NCBI GenBank assembly: GCA_963702475.1
Contig: CAVPCT010000002.1
Span: forward strand, 1 to 64,000
Direction: 5' to 3'
From: an uncultured Thermoleophilia bacterium
Lineage (GTDB): Bacteria; Actinomycetota; Thermoleophilia; UBA2241
DNA length: 64,000 nucleotides
Shown here piece after piece: positions 49,886 through 62,515 of the stretch; within the stretch, counting starts at the first letter, position 1; each line of letters starts with the position of its first letter. A program made the position numbers and the translations under genes. Under the pieces are notes generated by a model. It was not told where the DNA came from and did not search any database. It worked only from the letters and a program-made list of their open reading frames with translations.

Positions 49886-50236
49886 TTGTCTGAAGAGTTG
49901 CTCGAATGTACTGAATGCTCGGCCCAGTGCGAGAAGGTCGTGTACCCGGCGTCGTGCCTCAGCATGAACTGCCGGTTCCTCTACGCGTTCAAAGAAGACG
50001 GGCACACGTTCTTCGGCTGTATCGAGAAGGTGTTCCCCCACGAGATCGACCTCAAGATGTTCGAGGACATCGAGCGCGGCAAGGGTGGCTTCGGGGTGGT
50101 CAAGGTCGCACGCACGCCGCTGCCGCAGTGCAACGTCGCGGTGCAGAGCTGCTACGCCTCCGGCGAGGGCCCGCTCTGCCGCAACCTGTACTTCCGCCGT
50201 CGCGACCGTCGCGAGGTGCAGACGGTAGAAGACTGA
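49886..50236 (+). CDS. Small cysteine-rich (9 Cys) hypothetical protein, possibly metal/Fe-S binding
   Basis: RBS GGGAGG before TTG 49886; 'CTECSAQC...C....C...GC'; high GC3 codon bias. Confidence 0.75.
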   Translation: MSEELLECTECSAQCEKVVYPASCLSMNCRFLYAFKEDGHTFFGCIEKVFPHEIDLKMFEDIERGKGGFGVVKVARTPLPQCNVAVQSCYASGEGPLCRNLYFRRRDRREVQTVED

Positions 50237-50282
50237 CCGGCGAAGCGGCCCGGTGAAACGCGGCCGCGAGCAGGGATTCTCT

Positions 50283-50333
50283 GGCGAAACCGCGCTCCGG
50301 CGCGGTTTCGCCGTCTCCGGGGGCTGGTATACT
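50283..50333 (+). promoter_or_regulatory. Hairpin followed by the extended -10 promoter of ssrA
   Basis: GGCGAAACCGCGC / GCGCGGTTTCGCC stem (50283-50312), then TGgTATACT (50325-50333). Confidence 0.55.
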
Positions 50334-50361
50334 CATGGTTGCGGCCTCCCCGGCCGCCCAT

Positions 50362-50721
50362 GGGGGCGAACAGGTCTCGACATGGGCTGTACCGCGGTGG
50401 GAGCAGCAGGCCGAGGTCCGGTGGCCTCGTTAAACTGCCGGAACAACACACTTGCCGAGGATAACTCCTTCGCACTCGCTGCCTAATTAATTAGGCAGCG
50501 CATCGCACCCGGCTCGCCCGTGGCCGGGACTCGCGGTGTCATCTAACGGGCTGGGGTGCGGTCGCTCTGCTCCGTGCGAGCGCATCCGAGACTGATCGGG
50601 GCTGGCGAGCGGAACCTGTGCCGCTGCGGGGTCCGTAAGCGAGACAAATGCGACGGCTAAGCCTGTAGAGACTCCGCCGAGGCGTCCGTGGACGCGGGTT
50701 CGATTCCCGCCGCCTCCACCA
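50362..50721 (+). ncRNA. ssrA: tmRNA; tag peptide (A)AEDNSFALAA*
   Basis: 5' GGGGGCGAACAGGTCTCGAC; 3' GACGCGGGTTCGATTCCCGCCGCCTCCACCA; tag ORF 50454-50486 ending in ALAA-TAA. Confidence 0.96.
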
Positions 50722-50728
50722 ACTCTGT

Positions 50729-50782
50729 CGTCCTGCGTCCTGCGGCATCGTCCTGCGGCTCCTGCGGCTCGTCCTGCGGCTC
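50729..50782. repeat. Imperfect tandem repeat (TCCTGCG x5)
   Basis: TCCTGCG at 50731, 50738, 50751, 50760 and 50772. Confidence 0.7.
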
Positions 50783-50798
50783 TCGCGCCGTGGGCGCG

Positions 50799-51374
50799 TC
50801 AGCGCTTGCGTCCGCCGCGGCGCTGCCTGCTCTTCGCGGCGGGCTGGGCGGGCTGCGGCGCAGCGGGCGCTCGCCCGGGCGCAGCAGGGGCCCCTCCCGA
50901 GGCCTGGGCCGCGCGTGCCTTCGCGAGCCGCGCGCTCTGCATCCAGATGAACGCGTAGGCCGTGGTACCCACGAGCAGTCGCATCACCAGGGAGTTCACG
51001 GCGCCGCCGAGCGTCAGGATGCCGGTGATGGTCCCCGTGACCGCGGTGGTCCACATCACGAGGTTGACGTCGGCCACCTGCCTGCGCGTCAGGATTCTGA
51101 AGAACGTCGTGTTGACGGCGAGGAGCGCCATGAGCAGGGACGCGACCGCCATCAGGGCGAGCACGATGTACATGGGCCCCGCCTTGACCGCCGGGTCGGG
51201 CGCCAGGACGAAGCGGACCGCCGAGCCGACCATCGTGACGGCGATCACGACGACCACGACGACGAGCAGGGTCAGCGTCGTCGTGCGCATCGACTGCGCG
51301 CTCTTCGTCGGTCTCGTCGTCAGAAGGCTTCCGCCGTTGGCGGGCTTCGGGTCTTTGGGCGTGAGCGGGCTCAT
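50799..51374 (-). CDS. 4-TM hypothetical membrane protein with a basic C-terminus
   Basis: Four hydrophobic stretches and the tail 'KSRQRRGGRKR'. Confidence 0.7.
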   Translation of the reverse strand: MSPLTPKDPKPANGGSLLTTRPTKSAQSMRTTTLTLLVVVVVVIAVTMVGSAVRFVLAPDPAVKAGPMYIVLALMAVASLLMALLAVNTTFFRILTRRQVADVNLVMWTTAVTGTITGILTLGGAVNSLVMRLLVGTTAYAFIWMQSARLAKARAAQASGGAPAAPGRAPAAPQPAQPAAKSRQRRGGRKR

Positions 51375-51515
51375 GCGGACTCCGTTTCGGCGGCCGGACG
51401 GGCCGTGAGGCTGTGCCCGGTACTGTACATGAACCCGCCGGCGCCGGCCGCGTGTGCGGTCGCCGGCGCCGGGTACCACTCCCGCTGCCGGGGCAACCTT
51501 CCCTATACTGACCCC

Positions 51516-52736
51516 GTGAGCGCGCCCGCCGACATCCTCGTATCCGCCCAGGGCGCCGCGCCGACCCCCCGTCACTCGCGCCTGCTCGACCCGCTCGCCG
51601 TCAGCATCTTTCTGGCGCTGGTGTTCACCGCGGCGGGCCTCGTGGAGTTGCTGCTGCGCGGCCCCGTGCCCGCGGGCTACCGCGACGACGGGGCCGCGCT
51701 CATCGTGCTCACCATCGCCGGCGGCCTCTCTCTCGGCATCATCTGGTGGTCGCCGCTGGCGAGTCTCCTGGCCAGCACCGTGCTCCTCGTCTGGCAGGCG
51801 ATGGCCCAGTACGAGTACACGCAGGCGGCCGTGATGGCCGTGGTGGTGGCGTCGTTCGCCACCGTGGCGTTCGACACGTGGAAGCGTGCCGTCGCGGCCG
51901 GGTTCGTGGTCACGGCGGGCATCGTGGTCGTCTTCGTGGTCCTGCCCGACCTCACCTGGGAGCGCGCCGTCAGCACCTGGGCCTCGCTCTCCGTGGTCTG
52001 GGTGGTCGCTGTGGTGATCCGCGTCTACCGCGGCAGCATCGAGCGCGCCGAGCGCAGGGCGGCGCTCTTTGCCGCCGACCGCGAGGCGCGCGCCCGCGAG
52101 GCCGTCACCGAGGAGCGCGCCCGTCTCGCCCGCGAGTTGCACGACAGCGTGGGGCATGCCCTCAACGTCGTCGTGCTGCACGCGGGCGCGGCCCGGCGGC
52201 TGGTGGAGACGAAGCCCCAGGTAGCGCGCGACGCGCTGGAGTCGATCGAGACCGCGGGCCGCCAGGCGCTCGGCGACATCGAGCGCATGCTCGGTATCCT
52301 GCGCGCGCCCGAGGAAGAGGTCAGCCGCGACGCTGCCCCAGGGATGGGTCAGCTGGATATGCTCTGCACTCAGGTGCGGGAGGCCGGGCTTCCGGTGGCG
52401 CTCCAGGTGGAGGGCGAGCGCGTCACCCTGCCCGCGAGCCTCGACCTCACGGCGTACCGCATCGTGCAGGAGGCTCTCACGAACACGCTGAAGCACGCCG
52501 GCACCAAGGCTCATGCCTGGGTGTCGGTCAGGTACGAGCCGGAGGCCGTCACGATCGACGTGCTCGACGACGGCCGCGGTGTGGTGGCCGCCACCACCGG
52601 CGGCGGCCGGGGTCTGCTCGGCATGCGCGAGCGCGTGGCGACGTTCAGAGGCGACCTCGTCGCGGGTGCGCGTGCGGAGGGCGGGTTCGCGGTGCACGCG
52701 CGCCTGCCCCTGGCGGGCGACGGCGTGCCGCGGTGA
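51516..52736 (+). CDS. Membrane sensor histidine kinase (HisKA_3 / NarX-DesK type)
   Basis: 'EERARLARELHDSVGH', 'AYRIVQEALTN.LKHA', 'DDGRG', 'GLLGMRERV'. TATACT 6 nt upstream suggests a leaderless transcript. Confidence 0.9.
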   Translation: MSAPADILVSAQGAAPTPRHSRLLDPLAVSIFLALVFTAAGLVELLLRGPVPAGYRDDGAALIVLTIAGGLSLGIIWWSPLASLLASTVLLVWQAMAQYEYTQAAVMAVVVASFATVAFDTWKRAVAAGFVVTAGIVVVFVVLPDLTWERAVSTWASLSVVWVVAVVIRVYRGSIERAERRAALFAADREARAREAVTEERARLARELHDSVGHALNVVVLHAGAARRLVETKPQVARDALESIETAGRQALGDIERMLGILRAPEEEVSRDAAPGMGQLDMLCTQVREAGLPVALQVEGERVTLPASLDLTAYRIVQEALTNTLKHAGTKAHAWVSVRYEPEAVTIDVLDDGRGVVAATTGGGRGLLGMRERVATFRGDLVAGARAEGGFAVHARLPLAGDGVPR

Positions 52737-52818
52737 CGGCAGGCGCAGGGGACTGCAGGGGCGGGCGGCCGCCGGCGACCGACGACGGGCCGGCGGCGGC
52801 CCGGGAGACGGAGGGGAC

Positions 52819-53502
52819 ATGGGCGTGAAGGTGGTGCTGGCCGACGACGAGCAGCTCGTACGGGCCGGACTCAAGCTGATCCTCGAGGCAGAGGACGATA
52901 TCGAGGTGGTGGGCGAGGCCGGAGACGGGGCCGAGGCCGTCACGCTCACGCGCAGACTCGATCCCGACGTCGTGCTCATGGACGTGCAGATGCCGGTGAT
53001 GAACGGCATCGAGGCCACGCGGGCCATCGCGGCGCTGGGCCGGGAGGACAGCTCGCGCGTGCTCATCCTGACCACGTTCGACCTCGACGAGTACGTCTAC
53101 GAGGGTTTCAAGGCCGGGGCCAGCGGCTTTCTGCTCAAGCGGACGCCCGCACCCGACCTCGTCGCCGGCATCCACATCGTGGCCGCCGGCGAGGGCATGA
53201 TCGCTCCGTCGGTGACCACCCGGCTCATCGCCAAGTTCCGCGCGGCCGACGGGCAGACCGGAGTGCTGCGCGATCCGGCGGCGCTCGACGACCTCACGGA
53301 ACGCGAACGGGAGGTACTCATCCTCGTCGCCAAAGGCATGACCAACGGCGACATCGCCGCCCACCTGTTCCTCAGCGAGGGCACGGTCAAGACGCACGTG
53401 AAGCGCATCTTCTCCAAACTTGGGCTGCACGACCGCACGCAGGCCGTGATCATCGCCTACGAGGTCGGTCTGGTGAAGCCGGGCGAAGGCCCGGCGGAGT
53501 AG
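52819..53502 (+). CDS. NarL/LuxR-family response regulator
   Basis: 'LADDEQLVRAG', 'LMDVQMP', 'LTTFD', 'LTEREREVL', 'TVKTHV'. Ends in TAG. Confidence 0.95.
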   Translation: MGVKVVLADDEQLVRAGLKLILEAEDDIEVVGEAGDGAEAVTLTRRLDPDVVLMDVQMPVMNGIEATRAIAALGREDSSRVLILTTFDLDEYVYEGFKAGASGFLLKRTPAPDLVAGIHIVAAGEGMIAPSVTTRLIAKFRAADGQTGVLRDPAALDDLTEREREVLILVAKGMTNGDIAAHLFLSEGTVKTHVKRIFSKLGLHDRTQAVIIAYEVGLVKPGEGPAE

Positions 53503-53520
53503 AGCCCGGCGCGGCGGGCC

Positions 53521-53538
53521 GTACCCCTGTGGGGGTAC
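53521..53538. promoter_or_regulatory. Inverted repeat, candidate response-regulator binding site
   Basis: GTACCCC-TGTG-GGGGTAC upstream of the next operon. Confidence 0.45.
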
Positions 53539-53661
53539 GCGGGCCGCGCCGAGAATCCCTCCCCCAGCCGACGGCACGTTCCCGCCTCGGGGTGACGACC
53601 CGCGTGCCTCTTCTCGCTACGCTTGTCCCGCAAGGTGCGAGAGAAACGTGGAGGTGCGCTC

Positions 53662-54615
53662 ATGAACGACACGCCGCTCGGCAGGTTCTTCGGCGTGGTG
53701 ACCAGGCCGCGCACCTGGCTCAACCTGCTGTTCCAGATCGTCGCCTTCCCGCTGGGTCTCTTCTACTTCGTGTTCCTCGTGGTGGGGCTCTCCGTCGGCC
53801 TCGGGCTCGTGATCATCTGGGTCGGCATCCCGATCCTGCTCGTCGTGGCGGGCGCCTGGTGGCTCTTCGGCGCCCTCGAACGCTTCCAGGCGCGCGTGCT
53901 GCTCGGCGCCGCGGTCCCCGATGCGCCCCGGTCCTGGGAGACTGTCGACGGCATCTGGGGCAAGGTCAAGGCGCACTTCGGCAACGGCGCGACGTGGAAG
54001 GACCTCCTGTACCTGCTCGCCAAGCTCGCCTTCGGCGTGGTCTCGTTCACCCTCGTGGTGAGCCTGGCGTCGATCATCGCCTGGTTCTTCGCCCTGCCGT
54101 TCTCCTCGGCCTGGAACCTGGGGACCATCGACTTCGGCTCCGGACCCTGGGTCCCGCCCATGTGGCTCGGCGTGCTCGGCATCCCGGCCGGCGTGCTCAT
54201 GATCTTCGCGTCGCTGCATGTGCTCAACGCCTGGGGCTGGGTCTGCAAGCGGTGGGCGGAGGTCATGTTCAGCCTGGCTCCGCAGTCTCCGCTCGCAACG
54301 GCTCCGCCGGCGCCGCTGGTGTCGACGTCGCCGCAGACGTTCGGCGACGCGGGCACGGTCGCGACCTGGCAGGCGCCGGCCGGCGTGCCGGCCCCTCCCG
54401 ACCCGGCGACCGCCGTGATGCCGCCGCCGCCTCCCGCTGCGCTTGCCGCGCCGGTCCCGGCGTCTGCGCCCTCGCCTGAGCCGCAGCCGGCCGCGCCGGC
54501 GCCCCAGCCCGGTCCGCAGCCGCCTGCGCCGACCTCCGGGTCCGCTCCTCGAGCGACGGAGCCCGGACCGCAGCCCCCCGCGAACGACGTTGACCGACCC
54601 TCGGCGGGTCGGTGA
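53662..54615 (+). CDS. Stand-alone membrane 'Sensor'-domain protein with a Pro-rich tail
   Basis: 'RTWLNLLF...FPLG..YF', 'WVGIPIL', 'ER..AR..LG', 'TWKDLLYL'. Confidence 0.75.
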   Translation: MNDTPLGRFFGVVTRPRTWLNLLFQIVAFPLGLFYFVFLVVGLSVGLGLVIIWVGIPILLVVAGAWWLFGALERFQARVLLGAAVPDAPRSWETVDGIWGKVKAHFGNGATWKDLLYLLAKLAFGVVSFTLVVSLASIIAWFFALPFSSAWNLGTIDFGSGPWVPPMWLGVLGIPAGVLMIFASLHVLNAWGWVCKRWAEVMFSLAPQSPLATAPPAPLVSTSPQTFGDAGTVATWQAPAGVPAPPDPATAVMPPPPPAALAAPVPASAPSPEPQPAAPAPQPGPQPPAPTSGSAPRATEPGPQPPANDVDRPSAGR

Positions 54616-54624
54616 GGAGGAGAG

Positions 54625-56193
54625 ATGGACGGTGTGCGTGCGCTGAGGATCCTCAGACCCTCGCTGGCGCTGATTGGGCTGGCCCTGGCTCTCGTGCTGC
54701 TGGGCGGTGCCCTGGCGGCTCCTGCAGGTGCGGCGAGCGGCCTGTCTGTGCCGTCCGGGTCGCTGGCCCCCGTGGGCGCCGCCGACCCCACGCAGCCGCT
54801 CGTGAAGGCCGGGGAAGACGTGGTCGTGCCGGCCGGTACGACCGTCGAGGCGGCCGTCGCCTTCGGCGGTGACGTGGCGGTGGATGGGACGGTCACGGAG
54901 GTCGCCATGGCCTTCGGCGGTGACATCGTCGTCGAGGGGAGCGTGGGGAGCAGCGTCGTGGCCTTCGGCGGCGACGTCACGGTGAGTGGGTCCGTCGGCG
55001 CCAGCGTGATCGCGTTCGGCGGCGACGTGCGGCTGCTGCCGGGCGCGGCGGTCGGGACGTCGATGAAGCCGTCTGACGACACGGTGGTGCTGTTCGGCGG
55101 CAAGCTGACGCGCGATCCCGCGGCCCAGGTGACGGGCAAGACGGCAGAGTACGACAACGCGAACTGGGCCAAGGCGGCGAGCTGGTTCGGCGGCGGCGTG
55201 GGACGCGGCATCGTGCGGCCCTGGGGCGGCTTCACCGTGCTGGGCTGGGTGATCCAGGCGGCGATCTTCCTGGTGCTGGGCCTCGTGGCGGCGGCGCTCA
55301 TGCCGAAGCAGATGCGCGCCGTGCAGCGCAAGCTCGCGGAGAAGACCGCGGCGTCGCTGGGCTGGGGTGCCCTCGCGTTCTTCGTGATCGTCCCGGCGGT
55401 GCTGGTCGTCCTCGTGATCAGCGTGGTCGGACTGCTGCTGGTGCTGCCCTACGCCGTCTTCCTGGCGTTGTTCTACTTCTTCGTGATCACCTCGGTCGGT
55501 GCGCTCGTGGCGGGGCTGCTGCTGAAGGGCACCCGGCACGCCGACAACCTGGTACTGGCGGTGGTGATCGGCGTGCTCGCCACCACGGTGGTCTCCAAGA
55601 TACCCGTGGCCGGCTTCCTCGTACTGGTCGTGATGGCCGTGTTCGGCGCCGGCGCGGCCGTGCTGGCCTACGGCGAGTACCGGCGGGCGCGCCGCGCGGC
55701 CATGACACCGGCCCCCGCCGGCGGGCCGGCGGGGGCCGTGTCGACGCCCGGCGCGGCGATGACGGCCGCCACCGCGGCGGTGCCGCCGCAGCCGCCCGTG
55801 TACGCGCCGGTCCCAGCGGACACGACCGGCGCGCAGACCGCCGCGGCGACGGCCCTGCCCGCTGGCGTGGAGTACTGGCCGGCGGTGCCGCCGCTGCCGC
55901 CGCTGCCGCCTGAGGCGCCGGCCGGGCCGGACCAGACTGCGGAGACTACGGTCGCCCAGGCCGAGCCTGTCGCCGGCCAGGAGCCCGCGGTCGCCGAGGC
56001 GCCTGCAGTGGCGCCTGCGGACGAGGCCGTTGTCGAGGGTGGCGTGGCGGAACCGACGGCGGAGACGGTCGCCGCCACGGGCAGCGAGGCGCCGGCTCTG
56101 GACGATGGATCGGCTTCGGCCGTCGGCGATCAACCGCGGCCGCCGGCCGGCAAGCCGCCGGGCGGTGACCCCGCCTCCCCGGAGGGCGTCTGA
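54625..56193 (+). CDS. Membrane protein with a bactofilin-like beta-helix repeat region
   Basis: Signal peptide, four 17-aa 'AFGGD(V/I).V.G.V' repeats, about 6 TM segments, Pro/Ala/Glu-rich tail. Confidence 0.75.
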   Translation: MDGVRALRILRPSLALIGLALALVLLGGALAAPAGAASGLSVPSGSLAPVGAADPTQPLVKAGEDVVVPAGTTVEAAVAFGGDVAVDGTVTEVAMAFGGDIVVEGSVGSSVVAFGGDVTVSGSVGASVIAFGGDVRLLPGAAVGTSMKPSDDTVVLFGGKLTRDPAAQVTGKTAEYDNANWAKAASWFGGGVGRGIVRPWGGFTVLGWVIQAAIFLVLGLVAAALMPKQMRAVQRKLAEKTAASLGWGALAFFVIVPAVLVVLVISVVGLLLVLPYAVFLALFYFFVITSVGALVAGLLLKGTRHADNLVLAVVIGVLATTVVSKIPVAGFLVLVVMAVFGAGAAVLAYGEYRRARRAAMTPAPAGGPAGAVSTPGAAMTAATAAVPPQPPVYAPVPADTTGAQTAAATALPAGVEYWPAVPPLPPLPPEAPAGPDQTAETTVAQAEPVAGQEPAVAEAPAVAPADEAVVEGGVAEPTAETVAATGSEAPALDDGSASAVGDQPRPPAGKPPGGDPASPEGV

Positions 56194-56350
56194 CGGGCGG
56201 GGCGCCGGCAGACCCCCGCGGCCGGGACGATGCGTGTTGTCTTACCCCGTTCCGCGTGGCATACAGTGAGCAAGTCCGTGTGGCGGGCCGGGCCCTCGAG
56301 GCCCGGCCCGCCACAGGCCGCGGTGTGCGGCCGCTGACGAGGAGGACGAC

Positions 56351-57157
56351 GTGACCGAGGACATCGTGAACGCGGGCGCGGCCATCGCTCTGGAGACCTG
56401 CGTGGCCGGCACCGAGACCGGCCTGGTCGACGCCGTGGTCCAGGCGCGCGGGATCACCAAGCTGTACGGCCAGGGCGACGCCTGCGTGCACGCCCTGGCG
56501 GGCATCGACCTGGACCTTGTTCGCGGCGCCTACACGGCGATCATGGGCCCGTCGGGCTCCGGCAAGTCGACGCTCATGCACGTGCTGGCCGGTCTCGACC
56601 GGCCGTCGGCAGGCAATGTGTGGATCGACGGCCAGGAGATCACCACGCTCAGGGAGCGCGCCCTCACGCAGCTGCGGCGCGACAAGATCGGCTTCATCTT
56701 CCAGACGTTCAACCTCCTGCCCACGCTGAAGGCGCAGGAGAACATCGTGCTGCCGCTGACGATCGCCGGGCGCAAGGGTGACGAGGCGTACATCGAGCAG
56801 CTCATCGACACCGTGGGTCTGCGCGACCGCCTGGACCACAAGCCCTCGGAGCTCAGCGGTGGCCAGCAGCAGCGCGTGGCCGTGGCCCGTGCGCTCGCCT
56901 CGCGGCCCGCCGTGCTCTTCGCCGACGAACCCACGGGCAACCTCGACTCCCGCACGGGCGAGGAGGTCCTCCAGCTCCTGCGGACGTCCTGCGACGGATT
57001 GGGCCAGACCATCGTGATGGTCACGCACGACGCCCACGCCGCCACCTACGCCGACCGCATCGTGTTCCTCAAGGACGGGCGCATCGCCCACGACTGCGGG
57101 CGCCTTGGGCGCGACGACATCTACGAGGTCATCAAGTCTCTGGAGGGGGCGGGTTGA
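56351..57157 (+). CDS. ABC transporter ATP-binding protein (LolD/MacB type)
   Basis: 'GPSGSGKST', 'LSGGQQQRV', 'ADEPTGNLD'. Confidence 0.95.
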   Translation: MTEDIVNAGAAIALETCVAGTETGLVDAVVQARGITKLYGQGDACVHALAGIDLDLVRGAYTAIMGPSGSGKSTLMHVLAGLDRPSAGNVWIDGQEITTLRERALTQLRRDKIGFIFQTFNLLPTLKAQENIVLPLTIAGRKGDEAYIEQLIDTVGLRDRLDHKPSELSGGQQQRVAVARALASRPAVLFADEPTGNLDSRTGEEVLQLLRTSCDGLGQTIVMVTHDAHAATYADRIVFLKDGRIAHDCGRLGRDDIYEVIKSLEGAG

Positions 57158-59700
57158 TCCGTATCGCCTGGCGCAGCCTCACCGCGCACAAGCTGAGGAC
57201 GTTGCTCACCACGCTCGCCATCCTCCTCGGCGTGGCGATGATCTGCGGCACGTACGTGCTCAGCGACCAGATCGACCGCGGCTTCAAGAACATCTTCACC
57301 GACGCGTACGAGGGCATCGACGTCACCATCACCCGCAAGGCCAAGTTCAGCAGCCAGCTGTCCAGCGCCACCGAGGGGCTGCCGCAGTCGCTGGAGCAGA
57401 CGGTGCGCGACGTGGACGGGGTCGCGAAAGCCTACGGTTACGTGACGGGGATGGGGGCCATCGCCGTCGACGGCAAGGTGGTGTCCACCGGCGGCGCGCC
57501 CACGTTGTTCTTCTCGGCCGTGCCCACGGACATCAGCAACACCAGCTACGTGAGCGGCGGCCTGCCCGAGGGGTCGGGGGAGGTGTCCGTCATCCAGAAG
57601 CTCGCTCAGGACGAGAAGCTGGACATCGGATCCACTCTGACGGTGGTCACGCCCGGCGGTAGCGAGGAGGTCCGCGTCACGGGCATCTTCACGTTCGCCT
57701 CGCAGTCGTCCCTCGGCGGGTCGACGCTGATCGACGCGACCCTCTCGGACATGCAGCGCTGGTTCAGCATGCAGGGCAGGTTCTCGGAGATCGACGCCAA
57801 GGCGGAGGCGGGCGTGTCGTCCGAAGAGCTGGCGCGACGGATCAAGAAGGTCGTGCCGCCCTTCGCCGAGGTCAAGACGGGCACGCAGGCGGCCGCCGAC
57901 CAGAGCAGGCAGCTCAGCGACGCCATCGGTATGTTCCTCAAGCCCATGCTGCTCTCGTTCGGCGGCATCGCCGTGTTCGTCGGCGCGTTCATCATCTTCA
58001 ACGCCTTCTCCATGACGGTCGCGCAGCGCCGGCGCGAGTTCGCCATGCTGCGGGCGCTCGGGGCGAGCCGGCGGCAGGTCCTCGTCACACTGGCCGTCGA
58101 GGCGCTCGCCATGGGCGTCCTTGCCTCCGTGCTCGGCATCCTCGCCGGCCTCGGCATCTCGGCCGGCGTGCTCCAGCTGCTGCAGGCCGTCAACGTCGAC
58201 ATCCCGCACAGCGGGCTGGTGCTCGCGCCACGCACCGTCGCCATCTCGCTGGCCGTCGGCATCCTCGTCACCCTGCTGTCGGCCATCGTGCCGGCGTGGC
58301 GGGCGACGCGCGTGCCGCCGGTGGCAGCTCTGCAGGAGGGAGCTTCGCTGCCTCCCACCAGGCTCGCGCGCTTCATGCCGGTCGTGGCCGTCGTGGTCGC
58401 CGCGCTGGGCGTGGCCGGCATCGTGGCCGGCATGTACGCGCCGGGCACCACCACGACGCGCCTTGGCGCGATCGCCTTCGGTGCCGTACTGGTGTTCCTG
58501 GCCGTGGCCATCGCCAGCAAGTACCTGATCCGGCCGCTGGCCGGTGTGCTCGGCTGGCCGCTGCAGAAGGTGGCGCCGGTCAGCGGCCGGCTGGCGCGCG
58601 ACAACACCGTGCGCAACCCGGCGCGCACCGCCGCCACTGCCTCCGCTCTCATGATCGGTCTCGGCGTCGTGGTGTTCGTGGCCGTCTTCGCCCAAGGGCT
58701 GAAGAGCTCGTTCGTCGACGCCTTCGACAAGGTGTCGCGCGCCGACTTCGTCATCCAGAGCGAGGGCTTCGTCCCCCTGCCCTCGGGCACCGCGACCAAC
58801 CTGCAGTCCCTCCCCGGTGTGCAGACCGCGACGGGCCTGGACATGCAGCAGGTCCGTGCCGACGGCCAGACGGCCGTGGTCATGGGCATCGACCCCGGTC
58901 TGTTCAAGCAGCTGTGGCGCTTCGACTGGCTGAACGGAGGCACCGACGCCCTTCTCGGCCAGCTGGGGCGCGGCAACGCGGTCGTCGAGGAGCAGACGGC
59001 GTCGTCGCTCGGCGCCGCGGTGGGCGACACCATCACAGTCGAGACGCAGGACGGCAAGAAGGCGAAGCTCAAGATGACCGGCCTGTACCGCGACCCGATG
59101 ATGCTCAACGGCATCATCGTGGGCACCAGCGGCTACCAGGCGCTCTTCCCTTCGAGCCAGCAGTACATGGTGTTCGTCAAGGCGGCGCCCGGCAGCGACC
59201 TGGAGCAGGAGCAGCAGCGGCTCCAGGAGGCGCTGGCGTCGGTCCCCACCGCCAAGGTGCAGACCGCACAGGAGTACAAGGACAGCCTGGTCGGGCAGGT
59301 GAACCAGCTGCTCAACCTGGTGTACGGCCTGCTGGCGATGAGCGTGATCATCTCGCTGTTCGGCATCGTCAACACGCTGGTGCTGGCGGTGTACGAGCGC
59401 ACGCGCGAGATCGGCCTGCTGCGCGCCATCGGCTCGTCGCGGCGGCAAGTGCGGGCGACCGTGCGGTACGAGAGCGTGATCACGTCGGTGATCGGCGCCA
59501 TCATGGGGATCATCGTCGGGGTGCTGTTCGCCTGGGTGATCACGACCAGGTTCGCCGGGCAGGGCATCACGTTCTCATTGCCCGGCGGGCAGCTCGTCGT
59601 CTTTCTCATCGTGGGCGTGATCGTGGGCGTGATCGCCGCCATCCTGCCGGCGCGGCGGGCGGCGCGCATCGACATCCTGCAGGCGATCCACTACGAGTGA
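57154..59700 (+). CDS. FtsX/MacB-like ABC permease (duplicated)
   Basis: 'QRRREFAMLRALGA' and 'ERTREIGLLRAIG'; overlaps the ATPase stop codon. Confidence 0.92.
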   Translation: MIRIAWRSLTAHKLRTLLTTLAILLGVAMICGTYVLSDQIDRGFKNIFTDAYEGIDVTITRKAKFSSQLSSATEGLPQSLEQTVRDVDGVAKAYGYVTGMGAIAVDGKVVSTGGAPTLFFSAVPTDISNTSYVSGGLPEGSGEVSVIQKLAQDEKLDIGSTLTVVTPGGSEEVRVTGIFTFASQSSLGGSTLIDATLSDMQRWFSMQGRFSEIDAKAEAGVSSEELARRIKKVVPPFAEVKTGTQAAADQSRQLSDAIGMFLKPMLLSFGGIAVFVGAFIIFNAFSMTVAQRRREFAMLRALGASRRQVLVTLAVEALAMGVLASVLGILAGLGISAGVLQLLQAVNVDIPHSGLVLAPRTVAISLAVGILVTLLSAIVPAWRATRVPPVAALQEGASLPPTRLARFMPVVAVVVAALGVAGIVAGMYAPGTTTTRLGAIAFGAVLVFLAVAIASKYLIRPLAGVLGWPLQKVAPVSGRLARDNTVRNPARTAATASALMIGLGVVVFVAVFAQGLKSSFVDAFDKVSRADFVIQSEGFVPLPSGTATNLQSLPGVQTATGLDMQQVRADGQTAVVMGIDPGLFKQLWRFDWLNGGTDALLGQLGRGNAVVEEQTASSLGAAVGDTITVETQDGKKAKLKMTGLYRDPMMLNGIIVGTSGYQALFPSSQQYMVFVKAAPGSDLEQEQQRLQEALASVPTAKVQTAQEYKDSLVGQVNQLLNLVYGLLAMSVIISLFGIVNTLVLAVYERTREIGLLRAIGSSRRQVRATVRYESVITSVIGAIMGIIVGVLFAWVITTRFAGQGITFSLPGGQLVVFLIVGVIVGVIAAILPARRAARIDILQAIHYE

Positions 59701-59784
59701 CGCCGTGCGGGTCGCCTGCGCGAGGCTTGTTCTTTATCATGAGCGGGCTCGCCATGGGCCGCGGACCCGCCGCTTGGCGCGCGG

Positions 59785-62508
<2,724 letters not shown>

Positions 62509-62515
62509 CCGGCGT

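Noticed and set aside
50477-50500. Perfect 24-bp palindrome CGCTGCCTAATTAATTAGGCAGCG
   Set aside because: It is the tmRNA helix covering the end of the tag reading frame, not a separate element.
4433-53502. Amber read-through at the other TAG stops (4435, 7691, 53502)
   Set aside because: The proteins appear complete at the TAG, and the downstream frames run into antisense genes or intergenic DNA with no recognisable domain.
54840-55040. 51-bp periodic repeats as a CRISPR-like array
   Set aside because: They are in-frame coding repeats (AFGGD beta-helix) with degenerate codons, and there are no cas genes.
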